A DNA stretch of 64,000 nt from Camelus ferus (Eukaryota). The position numbers and the translations under genes were made by a program. Shown one piece after another: positions 37,210 through 49,015 of this stretch (position 1 is the first letter of the stretch; the number at the start of each line of letters is the position of its first letter). The notes under the pieces are model-generated. The model was not told the DNA's origin and ran no database searches. It worked only from the letters and a program-made list of their open reading frames with translations. The stretch spans positions 10,106,001-10,170,000 of the forward strand of contig NC_045706.1 in NCBI RefSeq assembly GCF_009834535.1, read 5' to 3'.

Positions 37210-37597
37210 AAAACAAGAATCTAGTTTAAGAAGCAAAGCAGTCATTTGGGATCAACGAATTGCAATGCAGGGTACACAGATTTGGGTAGAAACCCAAACA
37301 GTGTCCCAATTACAGGAGCGGAGCTCAGGGTTTTCGCGGGAAAAAGAGGAAGACAAGGTAAGTTGTTTTTGTAAGAGTTCACTGGCACAAATGAGGTAAA
37401 GCTTGATTTGTACGTCGTTGGCTGGTCAGGTGAAGGGGTCAGTTTTATCAGGACTTTCAACAGGTTGTTCTTGTTTCTTTGCTGACTTGCTGGAATGCTG
37501 GCAGTTTGGTCCAGCTCAGAGGTACAGAAAACAGGACATGTGAGGCAGTTCCTCGGGAATGGATGCTCCAGTTCCACTTTAAATGGCTCTACTCACA
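37210..37597 (-). mobile_element. ERV solo LTR (family not resolved)
   Basis: Minus strand starts tgtgagtagagccatttaaagtggaac and ends with cattgcaattcgttgatcccaaatga, an LTR R/U5-like end. Confidence 0.55.
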
Positions 37598-38603
37598 TCA
37601 TCTGTTATAGTCTAAATGCTCCCCAGCTTGGGAAAAACGTGTAGAAAGTAATTTATAGTCGAGTGATCATCGCAGCATCTTGGGATCCCAAATGTCCTTT
37701 CAATCGGCAACAGTTAAACATAATGACAGATTCATTAATTAATTCACTTCGTCATTTCTCCAGCTAACACTGACAAGCATCCGCCGTACGTCAGGCCAGG
37801 TTCTAAGCGCTAAAGAGACAACGTTGAACAAAACAGACGTTCCTGCCAGCAGGCAGCTCACACTGTCTGCCTTTTACTCACTGGTAGGTGTTGTCTTTTT
37901 ACATCCTAAATGGAATCTGATTCTTGAATGTCTTTCAAATCAAGGCCAAATGGGGAAAAAAAAAAAAAAGCAAGTGAAGTGTCAAACTGATATCCACTTT
38001 CCACTTGAAAGTTCCACCTAATCCGTATTTCCATTTATGCCAACATATAATTTTAATAATTACACCAAATACAGCCATTCGTCAGTATCTTTTGGAGGTC
38101 AATAACCTTTCAATTACTGTTAGGGCTAAAGACTTAATAAAGATTTAAGACATTCTACCTAGTGTTTTTGTGGGGAGTGAATCTTCAAATTGTAGACTCA
38201 ACTGGAGGTTAATTTATAGTTGAGTTAACAGCATAAAGTCGAAGTGTTAATTTTAAATTTTTCTTTGTAATTTTAACCGGCAATTTAGCAAGGGGTTTCT
38301 GTAAGTACGGAAAGACACAAGGAAGAAAGAACTGAAGGAGCTATCCTTAGAGGCCGCAAGTGGCAGGCTTTTCTTCTGAAAGTGAAATTTAGTCCCCAAA
38401 TGAATATTTCCCAAAAGAAAATTTAGTCTTGTTGCCAAAGGTGAAAACACTGCAGTAGCAGACATATAGTACCAAGAAGCACAGAAAGGGACAGAGGTTA
38501 AACACACCATCCGGAAGTACCTGCTCAAATTACTCTCGATTTAAACTTTTGCTACCGCTTCCTGAATAAATGCCTAAGTGTTATTGTGGCTAATATTCTG
38601 CAC

Positions 38604-38823
38604 CAGGGCTTCTCAACCTCAGGACTATGGACATTTGGGGCTGGATAATTCTTTGCCGTGGGGGCTGAACTGTGCATTGCAGAAGCTTTAGAAGCCCTGG
38701 CCTCTACCCACTGGATGCCGGTAGCATCCCCACCACTCTCTCACCCCATCCTTCCACTGTGACAACCCAGACATTGCCCAATGTCCTCTTGGGGGAGGAG
38801 GACAAGATGGCTGAGAAACATTG
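38604..38823. mobile_element. MER20 hAT MITE
   Basis: cagggcttctcaacctcaggactatggacatttggggctggataattcttt...cagacattgcccaatgtcc...gctgagaaacattg. Confidence 0.9.
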
Positions 38824-41481
38824 TTCTGGACAAAGACTTTGACTGTCGTCTACTTGATCTTTGCAATTGCATGTCCTACTGATATGCAGAAAATAAGGAG
38901 TTGGACAGATGCATAAGGAGAACTGGCTAAAAATGTAAGGAAAAGCCAAAATACAGCCCTTTTTCTGCCTGCTGAGTCATGGGCCCTGATATGGGCCTCT
39001 GTCCTGGAGGAAGAGACCTCTTTAGAACTCACATACAGGCGCCTTGTGGGTTATCTTTCATTAGCAAAATTAAAAAGTGATAGGAAGACTAGAAGGTCAG
39101 GTGCTAAACTCATCTAGTCCAAATTCTTCCATCTTACAGACTGGAAAACTGAGGGCCAGGGAATTCTCGGAGGATAACTTTGAAGAATGTATTCAGCCTC
39201 TAATTCGGACAGAAAACTTGGGAAGAGAAGAGAGAATTTAATTCTACTTTGGGAGCTTGACCGTCAAACAGGGAAAAATCTAAGATACGGTTTGGAGAAG
39301 GGCCTTCGCATGGGTCAGGGAGGAGGCACAAGCCGCTTGACAGGCAGGTACAAGGCAAAGAAGAGATAAGCCTTCGTACGAACAACGGTGGAGGCAGGAG
39401 GAATGGAGCGCACTTGGCCACACAGAAGATGTCCCTAGAGAAAAGCGTGCTGGCGCTCCCTGCTGAGCTGGGACCAGTTCAGAACCAAGGCCAGGCTCTG
39501 ATTCATCTTCGTGGTCTTTGGGCTCATTCCTGGTTCATACTGGCACAGGGCAGAAGCACAACAAAGTATAACCCGGGCAAAGAACTGCTGACCCCGGAGA
39601 CCACTGAGACAGCAACAGGAAGCCTTCCTCGTGGAGAGGGCAGGCGGTCCAGGAGGAGAGGGAGTGCTCCAAGAAGTGACTGCTTCAGTCCCTCTGACCC
39701 TCGGAGAGGTATCCTCCCTCTGTGAGGCGGCATGGCTTATCATGCCACGCTCCCTCCTCTGGGTGCCCCACCCACCAAAGGTGATATGACAAGTTGTATT
39801 TTCTGTCTGCCCTGGTGAGCCTGGCGGCACCCACCTGCCCCTGGACTCACCAGCTGGAACACAACCTCCCCAGGACAAGCAGGTCTCTGGGTCTCTGAGC
39901 CCACAGACCTCCTGGAACCTCAGCACTTGGGCATCTGGCCCCAGCACATGCTGGTCCCTCTGCTCATGCAGGTCAACTTAACCTTGGCCAAGGGCTCAGC
40001 TCCTCTTACAGCCCCAGTGAGAATCCTGGCCAAATGCATGACAGGTTAACAGACGCCGCAGGGAACAGCACACAGACTCAGAAACTGCCATCGACGCACT
40101 TCTGCTCCCGGGGCTTCTGGCTGCAACCCCCACGGAGGGTCTCCTTTCTCCTGCCCAGGGAACACCCAGTTACACTGCTTTCTGTCTTTCCTGTTCCCCA
40201 GCGGTGATATTCAAATATCAAAAAGCAATTCCAATGCACCAACTAATCAGGACAGGTGCCTGGAGGCCCCCTGCTGGGTCAGGCGTCCCCACCGTGTCAG
40301 TTCCCTTCAATTCCCTATGGTTGGATTCCATGGAGGTCTTGGGGACTGTCCCCACTGGCACAGGAGTATTTCAGGGTTTTAACCCTGGTAGGGTCTTAGC
40401 AGTGGCTACCAGCCCCAGATCTCTCCCTCCTACGAGTGCAGGTTGGCTCTGCCCGACTCCTGCAAACTCACAGAGGCTTGTGCAGTTTTCAGCAGGTCCC
40501 CTAAGGGCACTTCAAGCTCTAGACATGCACGCTTCTTGGGAGGTGATGGGGTCTAGAGGTAATCCCACCACAGCCTCCCCCTGCAGCTTTCCCTTCCATG
40601 GAGCACCTGCTGTGGCACTTTTTCAGGAAAAGCTGTATAATACAGCCCAGGCTGCTAACTCTTCTCTTCCGCTGCCAAACTTTACAGACGTTTCTGTGGC
40701 ATCTGACTCTGTAACAATCCATAAGGCACCAACTACAGCTCTAATTAAATTGTAAAAAAAAAAAATCAATCCCGCCACCAGCATGCAGCTGGGGAGGGAT
40801 TCATCTCCTGTGACGTCCCCAGTGGGCCATAACCCTCCTCTCACTGCCATGGCATGTGGCAGAGGGCACTGTGTCAGCAGCACGGAGCCCAGAGTACACC
40901 CCTGCCTGGCTGTTATTTCCATGGCACAGGTTTGGGAATTAGTCATCAGAGCTACAGTGCCAATGACATGAAAAAACAGTCCACAGGGTAAGTGTTGTCA
41001 GGATGAAAGATGCTAAGGCTGGAGCTCAGAGAACTCGGCAGTGAGGGTGTTAAGATTTGGTGCCAGGAAGGCACTGGCCAGTGTTGGGTTGCGATTGGGC
41101 AGAGGGGGTAGGAGACCTGAAACCAGGAGAATGAAGGAAGGAAGTGATCCAGGCTAAAATGGAGACAGAACCCCCAACCTTTCAGACCAGTATTTTCATT
41201 GGTGTGGAGATTGCCAACCAGACTAATTAATTAAATCTGCTGGACATTTAAAATTTGCTACATATCTGCTTAAGTTGTACGTGTGTGTGTATAATTCTAC
41301 AATGTAAATTTTATTTTCAATGACTCCATCTGTTATCCTCATAAAATTCTGGAATTAAAAGGAATCTCTTTGGATATCGTTAAGATGAAGTGATAAACTG
41401 AATCTTCATTTGGCCCAAGTGCTGGGCAACCTGGACTGGAAAGATCTGGTGACACGTGCCTCACGCCCTCTTTCTCTTTTA

Positions 41482-41665
41482 TGTAGGTTCAAGGATGCCC
41501 CATCCCCCAACGCCCCCAAGGATATGTCCACCTGGAACCTATGATGTGTCCTTATTTGGGAGAAGAGTCTTTTAGAAGTAATTAAGTTAAGGACCTTTTG
41601 ATCAGATCATCCTGGATTAGGATGGATGCTAAATCCAACGACAAGTACCTTTAAAAGAGATGAGA
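41482..41665 (+). mobile_element. MLT1C/D-like LTR, 5' part
   Basis: cctggaacctatgatgtgtccttatttggg...gtaattaagttaagga...atcctggattagg...ctaaatccaa. Confidence 0.8.
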
Positions 41666-41772
41666 GTGCTCGCTTCAGCAGCACATGTACTAAAACTGGA
41701 ACGATACAGAGAAGATCAGTATGGCCCCAGCGCAAGGATGACACGCAAATTCACGAAGCATTTCGTATTTTT
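41666..41772 (+). pseudogene. RNU6: Full-length U6 snRNA retrocopy (5' part of a U6/L1 chimera)
   Basis: 107 nt with about 11 substitutions versus the recalled vertebrate U6; ACAGAGA box intact, AGC triad reads AGT; ends in T5; no upstream U6 promoter. Confidence 0.95.
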
Positions 41773-42643
41773 CAATATCGCTAATTATCAGGGAAATGCA
41801 TATCAAAACTACAATGAGGTACCACCTCACACCAGTCAGAATGGCCATCATTCAAAAGTAATGCATGCTTGAGAAGGTGTGGAGAAAAGGGAACCCTCCC
41901 ACACTGTNNNNNNNNNNNNNNNNNNNNNNNNNNNNNNNNNNNNNNNNNNNNNNNNNNNNNNNNNNNNNNNNNNNNNNNNNNNNNNNNNNNNNNNNNNNNN
42001 NNNNNNNNNNNNNNNNNNNNNNNNNNNNNNNNNNNNCAAAAAGATACATGTACTCCCAATGTCCATAGCAGCACTACTTACAATAGCCAAGACATGGAAA
42101 CAACCTAAATGTCCGTTGACAGATGACTGGATAAAGAAGTTGTGGTGTATTTATAAATGGAATACTACTCAGCCATAAAAAGAACGAAATGATGCCATCT
42201 GCAGCAACATGGATGGACCTGGAGATTGTCATTCTAAGTGAAGTAAGTCAGAAAGATAAAGAAAAATACCATATAATATCACTTATATGTGGAATCTAAG
42301 GGGAAAAAAAGACCCAAATGAGCTTATTTATAAAAAAGAAACAGACTCACAGACATAGAAAACAAACTTAGAGTTATGGGTGGGGGAAGCATGTGGGAAG
42401 GAATAAACTGGGAGAGCAAGATTTGCAGATACTAACTACTGTATATAAAACATAAACAACAAGTTTATACTACACAGCACAGGGAACTACATTCAATATC
42501 TTGTAGTATGACATAATGAAAAAGAATATGAAAATAAATATGTATACATATGACTGAAACATCATGCTGTACACCAGAAACTGACACAACACTGTAACTG
42601 ACTATACTTCAATTTAAAAACACAGAAGTGGACCAAAAAAAAA
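41773..42643 (+). mobile_element. 5'-truncated L1 (ORF2 C-terminus, 3' UTR, A tail) fused to U6
   Basis: Translates ...PMSIAALLTIAKTWKQPKCPLTDDWIKKLW (ORF2p C-terminus); 3' UTR ending ctatacttcaatttaaaaa; contains N gap 41908-42036. Confidence 0.92.
41908..42036. other. Assembly gap (129 N)
   Basis: Run of N. Confidence 1.
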
Positions 42644-42656
42644 TTAGAAAGGGAGA

Positions 42657-42922
42657 AAAAACACAGAGAAGAAAACGATTAGAAGACAGAGGCAGACATT
42701 GAAGCTATCGGTCTACAAGCCAAGGACAGGACCTGAAGGGATTGCCAGCAGCCACCAGAAGGTAGATGAGAGGCATGGAGTGAATTCTCCCCCAGAACCA
42801 ACACTGCCAGCACCTGGATTTCAGACTTCTGGCCTGCAGACCGACGGTGAGAAAATAAATGTCTGTTGTTTTAAGCCACCCAGTTTATGGAACTTTGTTA
42901 TGGCAACCACAAGAAACTAATC
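42657..42922 (+). mobile_element. MLT1C/D-like LTR, 3' part
   Basis: gaagacagaggcagacattg...caagccaagga...cttctggcctgcaga...aaataaatgtctgttgttttaagccacccagtt. Confidence 0.85.
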
Positions 42923-43199
42923 TGCATGGTCATTAGTGACATGGTGACATGGGGAGTGGCATCTAATGCTAGTTTTAGAGCCACAGTAACCTGGATTTGG
43001 ATTTGAATTGTGCTTCTGCCATTTTCTGCATATATGACTTTAGATGATTTCTCAACGTTTCCTTCTGTGCAATGGGATAGTAAATAATATTTGCCTTACA
43101 AAGTTATAAAAATGAAACGAGATGTAGCCACAGAGCACCTGGCACACAGGAAGTACTGGATAAGGTTTAGGTTATTATCATGACCTATTATTAGAAGTT

Positions 43200-44070
43200 G
43201 ATTGGACACTCACGTTAACGACAAGTTAGAAGGAAGACATGAAAGGACAGAAATTACTTTTGAAGTAGGCTTTCCAGCAAGAGATAGCGGCTCATCTTCT
43301 GGGAAGAAGAAGGGATAGAGGACATTTGGGAGAAAAACGAAAGAAGAGGATGCATTGGCTGTATTTGAAATGAAGAGAGGGGAAGAGAGGGCAGAGGAGT
43401 AGGCTGGGAAAGGCACAGGGGGAGGACTGGTTTTAAAATAAAACAACACTTGCTATTTTGGAAGATGAATGGAGGGTGTTGCTCCGTGTTTAGGAGGAGG
43501 ATGGAAATGGAGAAACTATTCTTTCAGAGAGCAGAGGGAGAGAGGCTGTAATTATGAAGGGGGTGTATACATCCTGCATGCTGGGCGATTAAATAAACAT
43601 GCTTTATGGAGAAAATGAGTAGGAGAGGCCCAAGGAAGGGTGAATTTCCTAATCAGGATGCCACCAGATAACAGAATGGGTACTTGCCCATCTCTTGGTC
43701 TGGGCATGATCAAAAGTCACAGAGGGATTTCCAGGCAACTGCCCAGAAGGAGGGAGAGAGAACTGCCTGGGAATTGTGTTGGGCAGAAGTTTAGAACATC
43801 CCCAAAAAGGATACAGAATATGTTCATCAGGTCTCATCATGATTGAGCTAGTCCTGGAGGTGTATTTTTGATAGCAGAGAAGGTGGAGTGTGTTCTGGGA
43901 GGAAAGAACAGGTTGGGAAAAGATAAGTGAGTGAATCAAAAGTGGAAGGGGTTCAGGAGGAGGGCACAGGTGTGCAGGGTGTGTACAGAGGAGTAGCAGG
44001 AGAGAGAGAGAGGCACCACCACTTCTGAGCAAGGGGGTTAAATCAGCAGTGCTCAGGAAGGTCAAATAGG
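43200..44070 (-). mobile_element. L2 remnant
   Basis: Purine-rich antisense L2 sequence (gagagagaggcaccaccacttctgagcaagggggttaaatcagcagtgctcaggaaggtc). Confidence 0.55.
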
Positions 44071-44459
44071 CAGCTCTGTGTAGAAAGAATGGGAGGAGGA
44101 GCCCTCATAGTGATTTATTAAGAAGTTTAAATTAGTGCCAATATTTAAGAATCAAGAAGTTTTACCTAAAAGCCAGATGACTGGCATCAGGAGAAATCAG
44201 AACATCTGGCAATGCTGGGCCCGTATTGAGGTGTAGACTAAGGAAGTTTGAGGTAAGAAGCTGCTGATGCTTTGGAAGGCTCATGTCTCCTTGCCACGGC
44301 CCCACCTTACCCACCACTTCAGTCATTTACATGACCTGCTTCGGCCCCACTGGCCAGACGCAGCAAATGTAGATGGCACTGAGGGGCAATGTAATATGTC
44401 CCTAACCTCTCTCTTTGCAGGCCCTAGTGCTGAAATGCATCTCTGACTGAAGCAGTGGA

Positions 44460-45245
44460 TTGATAGTGTTATTCAAATCTTCTTTATCTTTAACTTAACT
44501 TAACTTATCCTTAACTTTTCGTTTTGTCTAGTGGTTCTATGAATTGTTGAGAAAGGAATGCTAATCTCCAACTACAGTTTGGACCTGTCCTTTTCTCCAT
44601 TCAGTTCTGTGAGGTTTTGCTCAATGGATTTTTTGAAATTTTGTTTTTAGGTGCATACACATTTAAGATTGATACATCTTCCTGAGAAGCCAACTTTCTC
44701 ATCATTAGTCTGTTTAATACGGACACTCCAGCTTTCTTGTAACTATTATTTGCAATATATGTATTTTTACCCTTTACTTTTAACCTATCTGCCTTTATTT
44801 TTAAAGAAAATTTCTTGTAGACAGCATACAATTGAGTCTTATTTTTTTAATCCACTGTGACAATCACTGTTTCTTAACTGCAGTGTTTCAAACATTTACA
44901 TTTAATGTAAGTATAGGTAAATTTGGGTTTAAGGCGCCATCTTTCTTTTGTTTTCTACTTGTCCAATATGGTGCTTGTTCTTTGTTTCTGGGTTTCCTGC
45001 CTACTTTTCTATTAATTGAGCATTTTTAGCATTCAATTTTATCTCTTCTATTGGCTTATCAGGTATATCTCTTTTTTAAGTTGTTGCTTTAGGATTTAAA
45101 ATATGTATCTTTAACTCAACACAGGCTACCCAAATAGCATTAAACCACTTCAGGCACAACCTAAGAACTCTGTACTTCCATCCCTCTCACCCCTGATTGT
45201 TGTATGTGCTGTTGTGCCATATTTTTCCCCTGCATATGTTATAAA
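44460..45245 (-). mobile_element. L1 ORF2 endonuclease-region remnant
   Basis: Minus-strand translation RLKVKGKNTYIANNSYKKAGVSVL...QEDVSILNVYAPKNK matches the L1 EN N-terminus. Confidence 0.85.
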
Positions 45246-45269
45246 ATTAATAATATATAATAGTTTGGT

Positions 45270-45649
45270 TTAAAAAACATAACTTAAAGTGGGTCACAGA
45301 TTTCAATGTCAAAACCAAACCCAAAAAAACTTCTAGGAGAAAACATGAGAGAAAATTATTGCCACCTTGGAGAAGGTAAAGATTTCTCAGAATACAAAAT
45401 ACGCCTATCATAAGGACCAAAACTGATAAATTCACTTTATTAAAATAAAAAACATTTATTCTTTGATAGACACTGTTAAGAAAATGAAAAGGCAAAACAC
45501 ACACTGGAAGAGATTATTTGCAATACATATATATAAAAAAGGACACAAGACCAAAATATATAAAGAACTCCCAAAACTCTAGAAGATAAATAGCCCAATT
45601 AAAAATCAGCAAAATATTGAGAGCGCAAACACATTTCACACATACAAAT

Positions 45650-45681
<32 letters not shown>

Positions 45682-46385
45682 AAACATACAAGAATGGCCA
45701 ATCAGTAAACAGGGAAATGTGCAGTATCAGTCATGATACTGAAATACAAACTAATGCCACAATGACATACAAATATGACCACTAGAATGGCTCAAATTTT
45801 AAAGATTGGCAATCCCACATGTTGATGAGGATTTAAAGCAACTAGAATTCGCACACATCAGCAGTACGAGAGCAAAATAGTGCAATTTAGAAACCAATTC
45901 CAAAGGGTTTTTTTAAAAGTCAAACATACACATATCCTGTGACCCAACAATTCTACTCAATAAACAACCCAAATGTCAGCGAACAAGTGAAGGGGTAAAT
46001 ACATTGTGATAGAGTCCTACCATGGAACACAACCCTCCATAAAAAGTAAACAGCATTAAAGGATAAAAAGTAACAGCATTAAAGGAACTGATGACAATCA
46101 CACCAGCATAGATGTTCCTCACAAAAGAATGCATTTATTGGATTCCGTTTATACCAAGTTCTAAAACTGGCAAGACTAACTATGGTGCTAGAAATTGAAT
46201 TAAGGGTTTTGCCTGCAGGACAAGGATTGCTTCTGAAGAGGCACAAGCAACTTTCTGAATGATGGAAATGTTCTGTATCTTTATTGGGGCAGTTAGACAT
46301 ATGTATATATTTGCCTAAGCTCATCGAACTGTATACTCCAGAACTGTTCATTTTATCAGTGTAAATTAAACCTCAGAAAAGTTGG
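45270..46385 (+). mobile_element. L1 ORF2 3' region and 3' UTR (L1M-type), with (CA)n at 45650-45676
   Basis: cttctaggagaaaacat...gacactgttaagaaaatgaaaaggca...gatggaaatgttctgtatctt...gtaaattaaacctca. Confidence 0.85.
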
Positions 46386-47067
46386 TTTAATAAATGTCCC
46401 TTCCATCAGAACAGCCTACAGCAAAGATATAGTTGCCAAAGAAAAGACAGATGCAAATGTGTCACATTCGAACAGCAGACAGCAGGACAGGGACTTGTTA
46501 TTCCCTTCCAGCAAAAGACTAGCATCCTGCAGGGCATCTTAGAACAGGGCAACACTTTCCAAAGAAATGACATGATAAAAGCATGGTCATTTAGAAGATG
46601 TGCTTTGAGCAACAGAGTAACTGCACAGACAATGTTCTGTGGCCCTAAGGAAAGAAGTGGATATTTCTACACCGGGAGTGTGGATGGGTCATGATGGTCT
46701 AGGGCATAATAGAGGTTCCACTTCTGGGGAAAAGAGTCAAGAAGATGCAAGCTAATTTTTTTTATTATTGGTGGTGGGGGGGGGGTGTATTGTGTGTTTT
46801 AATCAGCTTCTTAAGAAGGAAAAACTGCAGTCAGAAATTAGAGCTCACACAGAGCCTTCATAGCCTGGCATATAAGTGGTCTACTGACCTGCATCAAGTT
46901 ATCCTTCCAGAGTGCAGGTTCAGACAGTCTCCTGGTACCTTCATGATGTCTTTCACAAGGAGCCACGTATGTAGATTCAGCATCTTGATGGACCATATTA
47001 AGCTTATTAAGTCAAGATTCTGAAAGAGTTGCTAAAACCAAGTTACCTGCTACAAATTCTGTCTTAC

Positions 47068-47258
47068 TAAGGCTTCTTTTTTTTCCTGGGTGGTATACAG
47101 GATATAAAGGAAAATGTGGATATTTTCTGGTTTTCTCCACGGTTTCAAATTCAGGGCAGACATATCTATAGACCACATTAGCCAGGGACCAGACTTTGTG
47201 GCAGTACAGGCATCGCCCCCAGGGTAATTTTCCCCAGGGAAAAGCTTTAGAAAGCTTC
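47068..47258 (-). CDS. Candidate internal exon (191 nt, phase 1 to 0): xSFLKLFPGENYPGGDACTATKSGPWLMWSIDMSALNLKPWRKPENIHIFLYILYTTQEKKEAL
   Basis: Acceptor catcttcactttAAG and donor tta|GTAAGA; open frame; unique sequence between L1 blocks. Confidence 0.3.
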
Positions 47259-48169
47259 CTTAAAGTGAAGATGCTACAACACTCTTCAGCCAGCCTTGAG
47301 AATTGCAAATACAGCACAGAGATGGAACCTGGCTTTTACCTTCTTTAAAAAGATGGAATTCCAACACTCATAGCTGAAACTGCGAAGAACTGATAGTCAT
47401 CATGCAATTCCACCTGACGGTAATTCGTATTTATTATTTTTACTGCTTTGTGGAATTTCTTGGCTTATTTTCATCCTTTGAGCAAACTTCTCTTTATTCT
47501 CTACCAGTTTCCCAGTTCCTGTCCCAACTTATGCAAGTCAAACAGTGCCACTCCAGTGGTCCATCCTCTGACACTAGGAATCAGTTCCAAGAGCGAAATA
47601 CATGCTGGCAAGAAACAGTACATCCCAGCAAGAATCCTGGCACACATGACAGAACAAGATTACAGATGAAGTGGGGGTGGGGGGTCTTCCTAACTGGGAG
47701 CTGGGGCAGGAGTACAGCCTAACAAAACCACCTCTAATGACAGCATCTCCCACGGACCTTCCCTGCTACACGAAGGAATCATCTTTCATGTACATCTTGT
47801 CTAGGCTAAGGGCCCAGGACAAAGCAATACATAGTCCAAATTAGCACCTGCTATCACTCCTCAGAGAAGAAAGACTGGGACAAGGGTGGGTCAATATTGA
47901 CAATGGGAAAAAAGGAAGAATTTTTAAAGCCAGACTTAGATGCATATCAGTGTAGGGGTCTTGGACAGGCAAGCCCGGGGCATGGTCAGCCTGTGCACCT
48001 CTACTGCTCTCCCCCCCGGTGGAGTTATTTATCTGACTGTCCTCCCATTGAGGACACCTTCTCCTACCACAGGGTCCTATTTCCCATTCAACTGCTTATT
48101 TCCTGATGAACTGTTGGTGGCAGGAACAGTCCAAAAATGCACCCACGGATTAGGAAACTGACAACTTCT

Positions 48170-49015
48170 ATTTCTGGTCATGAAAAACTGGTAGCAGACT
48201 TATTGTCCCACCAATCAACCACTAGAAAACCAAACAGAATATGGGAAATGACTGTTTGCAGACGTTGGATCACAGGCAGCATGGGAATGTGACTCCCTAG
48301 AGAAGGGAGAGAAACCAGCTGAACAAGGTGAGGTCTACAGTCACCTCGCTTTTCTGCCTGGAGGCACTTTCCAAATCTCAGTGCAGGGAGAGAGATCCCA
48401 ACACGAACACAGCAGTCTTGATAAATTGAGACAGATCACAGTTCAGAGAGACTGAGGCAGCTTTTCAGGGCAGAGTACTGGAGAGGAAAGAACTATGCCA
48501 AGCAAGGGCTCCAGAAGTCTGCGTAGGTAGCCCTTTGAATCACTGGCTGGATGCTAAGCTGTGAATTCTTAGAGTGAAACCCACAGGACTGGGTAAGGAA
48601 CAGCAACCTGTGAACTGTGAAGACAATTCCCAGCGCTCACACGGGGCTGGGAGACACTTACTTCCACCAGCCAAAAAGGAGACTCCACAATGAACACCCA
48701 GGGTGTTTAACAGCAATTTCACAAGGGCCACATCATTCAGTAGGTCTAAACTTAGAATAAAGGCTACTTTCGGACCACTCTAACAAGGCTTAAACACAAA
48801 TGATTCTCCAAAGGAAGTGATTGCTCTTCAAATACATTGACTGCCTGCTAGAGCAAAGTCCAACTTTCTTTAAAGAAAGACAACACAATCCAGTTGCTCA
48901 ACAAAGTAAACTTTACAGTGTTCAGCATATAATTAAAAAGTAATGAACATGCCGTGATGCAAGAATGGTGGCCTATAACCAGGAGAAAAAAAATTAGTCC
49001 ATAGAAATAGAGAGT
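48170..49015 (+). mobile_element. L1M 5' end remnant
   Basis: gtaggtctaaacttagaataaaggctact...aacaaagtaaactttacagtgttcagcatataattaaaaa...cctataaccaggagaaaaaa. Confidence 0.7.

Noticed and set aside
41666-41772. Functional U6 snRNA gene
   Set aside because: About 11 substitutions including the AGC triad, no upstream PSE/TATA promoter, and fused to L1
48660-48745. LLNDVALVKL resembling the trypsin catalytic-Asp motif, with a strong donor
   Set aside because: Lies antisense inside an L1 5' remnant; no His or Ser motif exons found
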